Source of the DNA: Planctomicrobium piriforme
Lineage (GTDB): Bacteria; Planctomycetota; Planctomycetia; Pirellulales; UBA1268
Assembly (NCBI GenBank): GCA_945861585.1
Contig: CAMAVC010000038.1
Span: forward strand, 1 to 30,282
Direction: 5' to 3'
DNA: 30,282 bases
Position numbers and translations under genes: made by a program. Positions 8,784-18,200 of the stretch are shown here, piece by piece. The stretch's first letter is position 1. Each line of letters starts with the position of its first letter. Below the pieces are notes generated by a model. That model saw only the letters and a list, made by a program, of their open reading frames with translations, was not told the origin of the DNA and made no database searches.

Positions 8784-9778
8784 ATCTGCCGGGCAAACCG
8801 CTTCGTTGCCGGGAATGAAAAGATCCCCGGATGCAGGAGGTCCGCGAGCACCTCGAGCGAGTCGACGAGCCGCGGGCCGGGGCGGTTGAAGAGATGGTGG
8901 CCGTCCACCGCGTAGATGCGTCTGGTGCGAAAGGCCCGGAGCATCTTGAGCCGATTGCGAATCGCAGGCGACTCGGCTTCGGCGACGACGCGGTTGAGCG
9001 TGAACCCACACGGCACGAGGATCACGATGTCGGGGTCGGCGGCGATCACGTCGTCCCAGGTGATCCAGTGGGAGTGACTGCCCGACTTGCCGAGCACGTC
9101 GCGACCGCCGGCGAGCGATACGAGTTCCGGCACCCAGTTGCCCGCCGCCATCGGCGGGGCGAGCCATTCGATGATGCTCACCGTAGGACAGGCTTCAGCC
9201 TGTCGTGCGTCGGCCCGCACCCGGCACGCCACGCTGGCAACGCGTGCCCGCAACCGGGCCACGACCTCACGCGCCTTTGCAAGCGTCCTCGTGGCTGCCC
9301 CCACGGCGAGGATGTCGGCATAGACGTCGGCGAGCATTGCCGGGGAGAGCTCGAGCACGCGGGCGGGAAAGCTCATGCGGCACACCGCCGCCCGTACGTC
9401 GGCCGTCGCGACCGCGCACACATCGCAGGCCGCCTGCGTGAGGATGAGGTCGGGCTCGAGGGCGGCGAGGCGTGCCGTGTCGAGCGTGTAGAGGGCATTC
9501 GTCGTCGCTGGCCCGTCGGCCGCATCGGCGAGCGCCCTGCCGACGGCGTCGTGGATCTGCCGGCTCGTGCCGGCCGGATCGATCCGCGGGGCGGTGAGTG
9601 CGGGCAGTGTCGCCACGCTCGCCGGCTCGTCGCACTCGTGCGACCGGCCCACGAGCCGGTCGGCGAGCCCGAGGGCGGCCACGATTTCGGTCGCGGCCGG
9701 AAGGAGCGAGACGATTCTGAGCGCGGGCCTGGCTTCTGGAGCGGCGGGTTCCATCATGATTCCGGTAGGATTGAGCAT
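8780..9778 (-). CDS. BtuF/FecB-like (class III, helical-backbone) ABC-transporter substrate-binding protein homolog without signal peptide; carries an in-frame REP insertion
   Basis: RIVSLLPAATEIVAALGLADRLVGRSHECD and ..WVPELVSLAGGRDVLG are colinear with BtuF-like periplasmic binding proteins. There is no N-terminal signal peptide. AAGGA lies upstream of the ATG at 9778. The stop TAG at 8780-8782 lies inside REP copy 5. The residues RQAEACPT are encoded by REP copy 6 at 9183-9204. Confidence 0.6.
   Translation of the reverse strand: MLNPTGIMMEPAAPEARPALRIVSLLPAATEIVAALGLADRLVGRSHECDEPASVATLPALTAPRIDPAGTSRQIHDAVGRALADAADGPATTNALYTLDTARLAALEPDLILTQAACDVCAVATADVRAAVCRMSFPARVLELSPAMLADVYADILAVGAATRTLAKAREVVARLRARVASVACRVRADARQAEACPTVSIIEWLAPPMAAGNWVPELVSLAGGRDVLGKSGSHSHWITWDDVIAADPDIVILVPCGFTLNRVVAEAESPAIRNRLKMLRAFRTRRIYAVDGHHLFNRPGPRLVDSLEVLADLLHPGIFSFPATKRFARQM
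9183..9204 (+). repeat. REP-like element copy 6, located inside a CDS in-frame
   Basis: Exact 22-mer inside the 8780..9778 minus-strand CDS. On that strand it is read cga cag gct gaa gcc tgt cct acg, giving RQAEACPT. Confidence 0.9.
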
Positions 9779-9792
9779 CTGGAGGTCCTTCC

Positions 9793-10788
9793 ATGTTACA
9801 GCCGGCCCACGATCACACGCCCGCCGAGCGGCTCACCGAGGCCGCCCGGCTGCACGACTACCGCTACGCCTCGAACCCGCTCGCCGACGGCACGCTCGGG
9901 GCGATCCCGGGGGCGCGGTTTCCGGCGGAACTCCACGAGCGCGGGATCACCCGCACCGTACCGCTCGACACGAGCATGGCCCTCGGCTGCCCGGGCCCGG
10001 CCACGACGCCGGGATTGTGTGCCAACTTCGTGCACCTGCGGCCTGGCGACGCCCACGTGACCGACGCCAACGCCACGAGCCAACTGTTCTTCGTGATGCG
10101 GGGGAGCGGCTGCTCACATGTCGGCGAAGGCGGTCCCGGCGACCACGAGATTCCGTGGCGGGCGGGTGATCTCTTCACGCTGCCAGCCAAGAGCCGCGCC
10201 GAGCACATCGCGGCCGACGACGCGGCGCTCTACTGGGTGCACGACGAGCCGCTGTTGCGCTATCTCGGCGTCGAGGCCACGCGGCGGCACTTTGCTCCCA
10301 CGCTCTACACCCACGCGGCGATCATGGAAGCGCTTCAGGCCGTGATGCGCGATCCGGCGAGCGCGAAGGCGAGCCGGGTGAGCGTGCTCCTCGGGCACCG
10401 TTCGTTTCCGCAGACGATGACGATCACGCACGTGCTGTGGGCGATGTTCGGCGTCCTCCCGGTGAACGCGGTGCAGGCGCCGCACCGGCATCAGTCGGTG
10501 GCGGTGGATCTCGTTGTCGATGCCAAGCCGGGCTGCTACACGATGGTCGGCCGCACGCTCGACAAGGACGGCATGATCCAGGACGGCGAGCGGTTCGACT
10601 GGAAGCCACATTCGGTGTTCGTGACCCCGCCGGGCCTCTGGCACTCGCACCACAACGAGTCGGGCCATCCCGCCCACATCCTCCCGATCCAGGACGCGGG
10701 GTTGCACACCCACCTCCGCACGCTCGATATCCGCTTCACCCGGCAACTCACGGGCGGCGGGTGCGAGGTGGTGGAGAATGCCGGCTAG
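9793..10788 (+). CDS. Bicupin protein (gentisate 1,2-dioxygenase-like cupin)
   Basis: GGAGG sits 7 nt upstream of the ATG. The sequence has cupin motifs APHRHQSVAVDLVVDAKPG and VTPPGLWHSHHNESG (P.G..H...N). The two-domain length of 331 aa fits a bicupin. Confidence 0.5.
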   Translation: MLQPAHDHTPAERLTEAARLHDYRYASNPLADGTLGAIPGARFPAELHERGITRTVPLDTSMALGCPGPATTPGLCANFVHLRPGDAHVTDANATSQLFFVMRGSGCSHVGEGGPGDHEIPWRAGDLFTLPAKSRAEHIAADDAALYWVHDEPLLRYLGVEATRRHFAPTLYTHAAIMEALQAVMRDPASAKASRVSVLLGHRSFPQTMTITHVLWAMFGVLPVNAVQAPHRHQSVAVDLVVDAKPGCYTMVGRTLDKDGMIQDGERFDWKPHSVFVTPPGLWHSHHNESGHPAHILPIQDAGLHTHLRTLDIRFTRQLTGGGCEVVENAG

Positions 10789-10944
10789 GGCGGTGTTGAG
10801 GGCTGGTTTCGTCCGTACAGGGCTCGCGAACCACCCATTTTCTCCAGGATTCCTGACCGGAATTCGTGGTACGTCGATCACGATCCGCACGACCGGACGA
10901 CGAAAGCATGGGAGAAGTTTTTTCCCTGGGAGGGTATTGAGACC

Positions 10945-12219
10945 ATGAACACGTGGCGCGGTTTTTCCGGATGTGCCGGTGTAGCGTTGTTTGCTTTCGT
11001 GCCGACTGTCGTACTGGCCTCGAGCTTCGAGGACGGTTTGCAGGTCAGTGATCGGTCCGAACTGTTCTCGCCCGTGGCCGAATCCGTCCTCGTGGACATG
11101 GGAAACGATTCGGTGTCGCTCGATGGCACGGTCGGACTGCCGCACCAGCGTGAGTATGTCGCAGCGGACGAACAGTCGGTTCCGTGTGCCTCATGCCCAG
11201 TGTACGAGAGCGACGATTGCCCGCAGTGCATCGGCTGCATCGACGACGGCAGTCTGTCGGTCGCATCGTGCACCGATGCAGACTCGGCGCCGCGCCGTTC
11301 GCGAGCAGGGTGGATCAATCGCATCCTCGGGCCGGCCGATCCACGCTGGGTGGTTCAGGTCGACGCGCTCATGCTCTGGCAGGGCAACATCGCGAGTCGG
11401 CCCATTCTGCTCAACGCGGCAGGTCTCACGGCACTCGACGTGAACCAGGCACAGACGCCCGTCTCCGTGGGCACCCGATACGGAGTGTTGTTCAACCTCG
11501 ACGAGTGTTTCGCCATCGAAGGCAACTATTTTCAAGCAGGGCTCTTCGACGGTCGGGCCACGCCCGTGGGTGCGGGCCCGTTTACCCCGGCGAATGTCTA
11601 CGGAGTGGGTCCGCTCCTGGGGCAGGTCGATACAGCGCAGCTGACCAGCAGCGGCTTCATCAAGAGTGCCGAGCTGAATTGGCGCCGCCGGAATCCCGGA
11701 CCGTTGACTTGGCTGGCAGGCTTCCGGTGGGTCGAGTGGAATCAGGGCCTGGGTATGAATGGCACCTATTCGACCGGTCAACTTGGGAACGGCAATCTGG
11801 CCTCCAGCACGATCACGGGCAACGATCTCTACGGTGGGCAGGTGGGCGCGGATCTCAGTCTGTGGAACAACAAGACAGGCCCGATTACCGTCAATGGAAT
11901 CGGCAAAGCCGGCATCTTCTACAACAACGCGTTCCAACACTCAGCCGTCACGACGACGGCGAGTGGCACGAACGAAGTCGGGTCGGTCGCGGATCAGACG
12001 GCCTTCTTCGGCGAGGTGGGCGCGAACGCGAATGTCCGGCTCACGAACTGGCTGTCCTGGCGGGCCGGCTACTCGGTGTTCTGGCTGAGTGGTGTCGCGA
12101 TCCCCGCCGATCAACTATCGCAGGCGAACCTGGCCGTCTCACCTCCAACGGCGCTCATCAACACCAATGGCAGCGTGCTCCTGCACGGGGTGACGACGGG
12201 TCTCGAGGCGCGGTGGTAG
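10945..12219 (+). CDS. Outer-membrane beta-barrel protein, BBP7-like (planctomycete family), with Cys-rich N-terminal module
   Basis: The N-terminus MNTWRGFSGCAGVALFAFVPTVVLASS is a signal peptide. A 7-Cys segment (CASCPVYESDDCPQCIGCID..SC) follows. The rest is rich in Gly/Asn/Ser/Thr with an alternating beta-strand pattern. The C-terminus ..GLEARW has the terminal aromatic residue typical of the OMP beta-signal. Confidence 0.5.
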   Translation: MNTWRGFSGCAGVALFAFVPTVVLASSFEDGLQVSDRSELFSPVAESVLVDMGNDSVSLDGTVGLPHQREYVAADEQSVPCASCPVYESDDCPQCIGCIDDGSLSVASCTDADSAPRRSRAGWINRILGPADPRWVVQVDALMLWQGNIASRPILLNAAGLTALDVNQAQTPVSVGTRYGVLFNLDECFAIEGNYFQAGLFDGRATPVGAGPFTPANVYGVGPLLGQVDTAQLTSSGFIKSAELNWRRRNPGPLTWLAGFRWVEWNQGLGMNGTYSTGQLGNGNLASSTITGNDLYGGQVGADLSLWNNKTGPITVNGIGKAGIFYNNAFQHSAVTTTASGTNEVGSVADQTAFFGEVGANANVRLTNWLSWRAGYSVFWLSGVAIPADQLSQANLAVSPPTALINTNGSVLLHGVTTGLEARW

Positions 12220-12244
12220 GGGTGCTGAGGCGGATCGAAGCCGT

Positions 12245-12266
12245 GACAGGCTGAAGCCTGTCCTAC
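12245..12266 (-). repeat. REP-like element copy 7
   Basis: Exact reverse-orientation 22-mer between the convergent BBP7-like gene (ends 12219) and uvrA. Its CTA at 12263-12265 is the uvrA TAG stop. Confidence 0.9.
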
Positions 12267-15200
12267 ACGAGGGCGGTGAGGGCTTCGCCGGTGTGGCTGC
12301 GGAGCGGATCGCCAGCGGTCGGGACGATCTTCGTAGACACGGATGCACGTTCCCGCTGGGCATGGATCATGATGTCTTCCGGCGGGCCCTCGGCCACGAT
12401 CCTGCCGCCGCCGTCGCCTGCCTCGGGGCCCATGTCGATCACCCAGTCGGCCGCCTCGATGACCTCGAGGTTGTGCTCCACCACGAGCACCGTGTTGCCC
12501 GTCTCCACCAGCCGCTCGAGCACGTGGAGCAGTTTCTCGATGTCGGTGAAATGCAGCCCCGTCGTCGGCTCGTCGAGAATGTAGAGCGTGTTGCCCGTGC
12601 CCGGCTTCGCCAGCTCGCGGGAGAGCTTCACCCGCTGGGCCTCGCCGCCTGAAAGCTGCGGCGCCGGCTGGCCGAGCGTGATGTAGCCGAGCCCCACGTC
12701 GACGAGCGTGCCGAGGATCCGCGCGATCTGCGGCGCGGTCTCGAAGAATTGGTGCGCGTCGGCCACGCTCATCTCGAGCACGTCGGCAATGCTCTTGCCG
12801 TGCCACTTGGCGTGGAGCGTTTCAGACGAATAGCGGCGGCCCTTGCAGGCCTCGCACTGCACCCACACGTCGGGCAGGAAGTGCATCTCCACGCGGCGTT
12901 GGCCGAGGCCCTCGCAGGCCTCGCAGCGGCCGCCATCGACGTTGAAACTGAAGGTGCGCGGCGTGAACCCACGGGTGCGCGACTCCGGCACCTTCGCGTA
13001 GAGCTGCCGGATGTGGTCGAACACGCCCGTGTAGGTGGCCGGCGTCGAGCCGGGCGTCGAGCCGATCGACTCCTGGTCGACGAGGATCACCTTGTCGATC
13101 TGGTCGAGCCCCTTCACGGCATCGTGCTGCCCGGGCTGCTCGCGGGCTGCGTGGAGCCGGCGGGCAAGCGCCCGCCAGAGCACTTCGAGCACGAGCGACG
13201 TCTTCCCGGAGCCGCTCGGGCCCGTCACGGCCGTGAGCACGCCCAGCGGAAACCGGGCGTCGAGTCCTTTCAGCGTGCGATGGCGGATGCCCTTGATCTC
13301 GAGCCACTGCCCGGGCACCCGGCGGCCTGTCTGCCGCTTCTTCTCGAGCACCGCGTCGCAGGCCCGGCGCTTCTTGAGATAGGGCCCCGTCACGCTGGCC
13401 TTCATCGTCGCGAGCTTCGTGGGCGCGGCGTGGGCCACGATCATGCCTCCCTCGCGGCCGCTGCCGGGGCCGAAGTCGAGGGCGTGGTCGGCCGCGTTCA
13501 CCACGTCGCGGTCGTGCTCCACGACGACGAGCGTGTTGCCGAGGTCGCGGAGCTTACCGAGGGCGCGGATCAGGCGATGCGTGTCGCGTGGATGGAGGCC
13601 GATCGTCGGCTCGTCGAGCACGTAGAGCACGCCCGTGAGGCCGCTGCCCACCTGGGCCGCCAGGCGAATCCGCTGGAGCTCGCCCCCCGACAGGCTCCCG
13701 GCGGGCCGGGCCATGTCGAGATACTCGAGCCCCACGTCCACGAGGAAGTTCACCCGCGAGACGAGCTCGCGGAGCAGATCGCCCGCGATCTTCTTGTCGG
13801 CGTCCGAGATCTCGATGGCCGCGAGTTCCTGCTGCAGCCGGCCGAGCGGCATCCGGCACCAGACGTCGAGCGAGCGGCCCCAGAGGGTGACGGCGCTTGC
13901 CTCCTCGGCGAGTCGGCTGCCACCGCAGTCGCTGCACGGTACCTCGCCCATCACCGCGTCGACTTTCGAGCGCAGGCCGACCACGAGCCGGGCCGCCTCC
14001 TCGCAGGCGTTTTCGAGGCCTTTGAATTGGAACGCGAACCACGGGGGGGCATCCTCTCGGCTCACGCCTCGGGCTTTCTCGGAGGAGGGCCGCGGCACCT
14101 CGATCCAGCGGTCGCCCGTGCCCTCGAACAGCACGCGCTGCTGGAGGCCCGAGAGATCGGCGAGCGGCACGTCGGCCGGGAGGCCGGTGGCCGCACACAG
14201 GGCCTCGAGCATCGCCCGGCTGGTAGCGCCGCAGTCCTTGCGGTCGAGGCTCGGCCACAGATCGAGCGCGCCCTCGGCCAGCGACTTCGTCGCGTCGCGC
14301 ACAAGCGACGCATGATCCACGCCGGTGCGCGTGCCGAGCCCATCGCACGCGGGGCACCAGCCGAGAGGGCTGTTGAATGAAAACTGCCGCGGCTCCAGCG
14401 GCTTGAACCCCCGGCCGCACGAGCGGCAGGCGAGCCGGCGGCTCATCACCTCGACCGGCCAGTCGGGCTCCGGCAGCGGCTTGCCGTCGGGCCCGTCGGC
14501 AACGCGGGCCACGAGCATCGTGCCCGCGCCGGCGTCGAAGGCCGCCTCCACGCTCTGGGCAAGCCGGCTGCGCTCGGCGGGGCTTGCCGTGACGCGGTCG
14601 ATCACGATCTCGATCCTATTTTTCCGCTTCCGGTCGAGCGACGGCTTCTCGTCCAGGTGCACCGTCTGCCCGTCGATCCGCACCCGCACGTAGCCCGCCG
14701 CCCGCAGGCTCGCGAACAAGCTCTCCGGTGTCTGCCCGACCCGGAGTTCGACTGGCGCGAGCAGGAGCATCCGCGTGCCCGACGGACATTCGAGCAGCCG
14801 CCCGACGGTTTCATCGACGCTCTGGGCTCCGACCTCGAGGCCGCAGTCAGGGCAGTGCATGGCGCCGAGCCGTGCGGCGAGCACGCGAAAATAGTCGTAC
14901 ATCTCCGTGAGCGTGCCGACCGTCGAGCGGGGCGTGCTGCCGCTCGACCGCTGCTCGATCGCCACGGCCGGCGACAGCCCCTCGATCCGCTCGAACACCG
15001 GCTTCGGCACCTGCCCCACGAACTGCCGGGCGTAGGGGGAGAGGCTCTCGACATACCGCCGCTGCCCCTCAGCGTAGAGCGTGTCGAACGCGAGCGACGT
15101 CTTCCCGCTACCACTCGGCCCGCAGCAGACCGTCATCGCGCCGCGCGGGATGTCGGCATCCACCTGTTTCAGATTGTGCTGGGCTGCGCTGCGGACCATG

Positions 15201-18200
15201 ATCGCCGGCGGGCCCGGATCGCGCGACGCTTTTTCAACCTGCGCCATGAGCGCGGCGGCATCGACGGGCTTCTTGCGGCGCACGGCGGTCTTCGCCGCCG
15301 GCTTCTTGGCTGCGGCCAGAATCGGTACGAGTGCCTTGCCGGTGCACGAGGCCTTCACCTTCGCCACCTGCTCCGGTGTGCCCTCGGCCACGATCCGTCC
15401 GCCGCCAGCGCCTCCTTCCGGCCCGAGGTCGATCACCCAGTCGGCCCGCTTCACGACGTCGAGGTTGTGCTCCACCACGAGCACCGTGTTGCCCGCCTCC
15501 ACGAGCCGTTCGAGCACCGCGAGCAGTTGCCGCACGTCGGCCATGTGCAGCCCCGTCGTCGGCTCGTCGAGAATGTAGAGCGTCTTGCCGGTCGAGCGCT
15601 TAGCCAGTTCGCGCGAGAGCTTCACCCGCTGGGCCTCGCCGCCCGAGAGCGTCGGGGACGGCTGGCCGAGATGCAGGTAGTCGAGGCCCACGTCGTGCAG
15701 CGTTTGGAGCTTGCGCGCGATGTCAGGGGCATCGGCGAACAGTTCGAGGGCGTCGCCGATCTCCATGTTCAACAGTTCGGCGACGTTCTTCCCCTTCCAG
15801 CGGACCTCGAGGGTGTCCTTCGCGAACCGGGCCCCGTCGCACACGTCGCAGGTCACCCACACGTCGGCGAGAAAATCCATGTCGAGCCGCGTTGAGCCGT
15901 TGCCTTCGCAGGCCTCGCAGCGGCCGCCCGACACGTTGAAGCTGAACCGCCCGGCCTTCCAGCCGCGCTTCTTCGCCTCGGGCAGCATCGTGAACAGCGC
16001 ACGGATGTCGTCCCAGACCTTCACGTAGGTCGCCGGATTCGACCGCGGCGTGCGGCCGATCGGCGACTGGTCGATCACGATCACCTTGTCGAGCTGGTCG
16101 GCGCCGGTGATCGCGTCGAACTCGCCCGGCACTGCGGCCTCGCTTCCGAGCAGCCGCCGCAGCTCGGGCTCGAGCACGTCGCCCACGAGCGAACTCTTGC
16201 CGCTGCCCGACACGCCGGTCACGCACACGAGAAGCCCGAGCGGGATCTCGACATCGATCCCCTTCAAGTTGTTGTGACGCACGCCGGAGAGTTTCAGCGT
16301 CTGGCCCGTGGGCTTGCGGCGTTTTTCCGGCACCTCGATCGCTTCGCGTCCGGCGAGAAACGCGCCCGTCAAGCTGCGGTCACTCGCCGCCACGTCGGCT
16401 GGCGTGCCCGCCGCCACGACTTCGCCGCCCCGCTTGCCCGGGCCTGGCCCGAAGTCCACCACCCAGTCGGCCGCGCGGATCGTGTCTTCATCGTGCTCCA
16501 CGACGACCACCGTGTTGCCCTTGTCGCGGAGCGCCTCGAGGGCGCCCAAGAGCTTGACGTTGTCTCTGGGATGCAGCCCGATCGAGGGCTCGTCGAGGAC
16601 GTAGAGCACGCCCGAGAGCCCCGAGCCGATCTGCGCGGCCAGGCGAATCCGCTGGCTCTCGCCGCCGGAAAGCGTGGGGGCTTTGCGGTCGAGCGCGAGA
16701 TAGCCGAGGCCCACCTGATCGAGAAACTCGAGCCGCGAGCGGATCTCCTTGAGGAGTTCCGTGGCGATCAAGGTCTGCGTGCCGTCGAGAACGAGGTCGG
16801 AGAGAAATTCCCGCGCGTCCGCGATCGGCAGGGCACACAGTGCGTCGAGCGAGAGCGAAGGCGGTCCCGCGCGTCGGGCCTGGCTCGTGATCCGCACGGC
16901 CCGGGCCTGCGGTGAGAGCCGTGCGCCCTGGCAGGCATGGCAGGGGGTCACCCGCATCAGCTTTTCGAGCATCCGCCGGATGATGCCGCTCTTGGCGTTC
17001 CGCCACTTGGCGGCCAGGAGTGCGAGGATGCCTTCAAACTTTGTCTTCGCGCCGCGCTCGGCCCGGCCGCGCTTCCACGCGAGCTTGATCTCCTCGACGC
17101 CCGTGCCCGAGAGCCAGATCTTCTTCTGGGCAGGGGTGAGCTTTTCCCAGGGGGTTTCGAGGAGCGTGCCGGGGGCGAGCTTCTTCTTCGCTTCGGCGTG
17201 CGCGGCCACGCCCGTGAACAGCCGCCGCATCCAGCGCGGCATGTCGCGGAACGTGCCGAGCACGCCCATGCAGCCCTTCTTGAGCGACTTCGTCGGGTCG
17301 GTGACGAGCTTCTCGGGATCGATGCCGTAGATGTCGCCAAGGCCGTCGCACACAGGGCAGGCACCGATGGGGCTATTGAAACTGAAGAGCTGCGGCTCGG
17401 GCGTCGAGTAGCTCACGCCACAGGCCACGCACGCATAGCGGCTCGAAAGCACGAGGTCGCCTCCACGATCGCTGGCACCGTCGGCACCGGGATCGATGGC
17501 CACGATCACTTGGCCACCGCCGGTGCGCAGTGCGAGGTCCACCGCCTCGGCCAGCCGGCTGCGGCCGGCGGCGTTGGCCACGATCCGGTCGATCACGACG
17601 TCGATCGAATGCTTGAACTGCTTTTCGAGTGGCGGCGGATCCTCCACCCGCACGATCCGGCCGTCGACCCGGGCCCGCGTGAAGCCCTGTCGCACGAGGT
17701 CGGTGAACAGATCGCGGTGCTCCCCCTTTTGGTCGCGCACCAGCGGCGCGAGCACGAGCACCTGCTCGTCGGCCCGCTGGGCGAGAATTCGCTCCACGAT
17801 CTGGTCGCGCGGCTGCGCCTCGAGCACGGCATCGCACTCGGGGCAGTGGGCCGTGCCGACCCGTGCGTAGAGCACGCGCAGGAAATCGTGGATCTCCGTC
17901 ATCGTGGCCACGGTCGACCGCGGGTTCGTGCCAGCCGACTTCTGGGCGATCGAGATCGAGGGCGAGAGGCCTGTGACGCTGTCGACGTCGGGCCGGGGCA
18001 ACTGCCCGAGGAACTGTCGGGCGAACGTGGAGAGGCTCTCGACGTAGCGCCTTTGCCCCTCGGCATAGAGCGTGTCGAAGGCGAGGCTCGACTTGCCCGA
18101 GCCGCTCACGCCCGACAGGCACACGAGCCGACCCCGTGGCAGGGCCACCGTGACGTCGCGCAGGTTGTGCTCGCGGGCACCTCGAACGACGATCGGCGGA

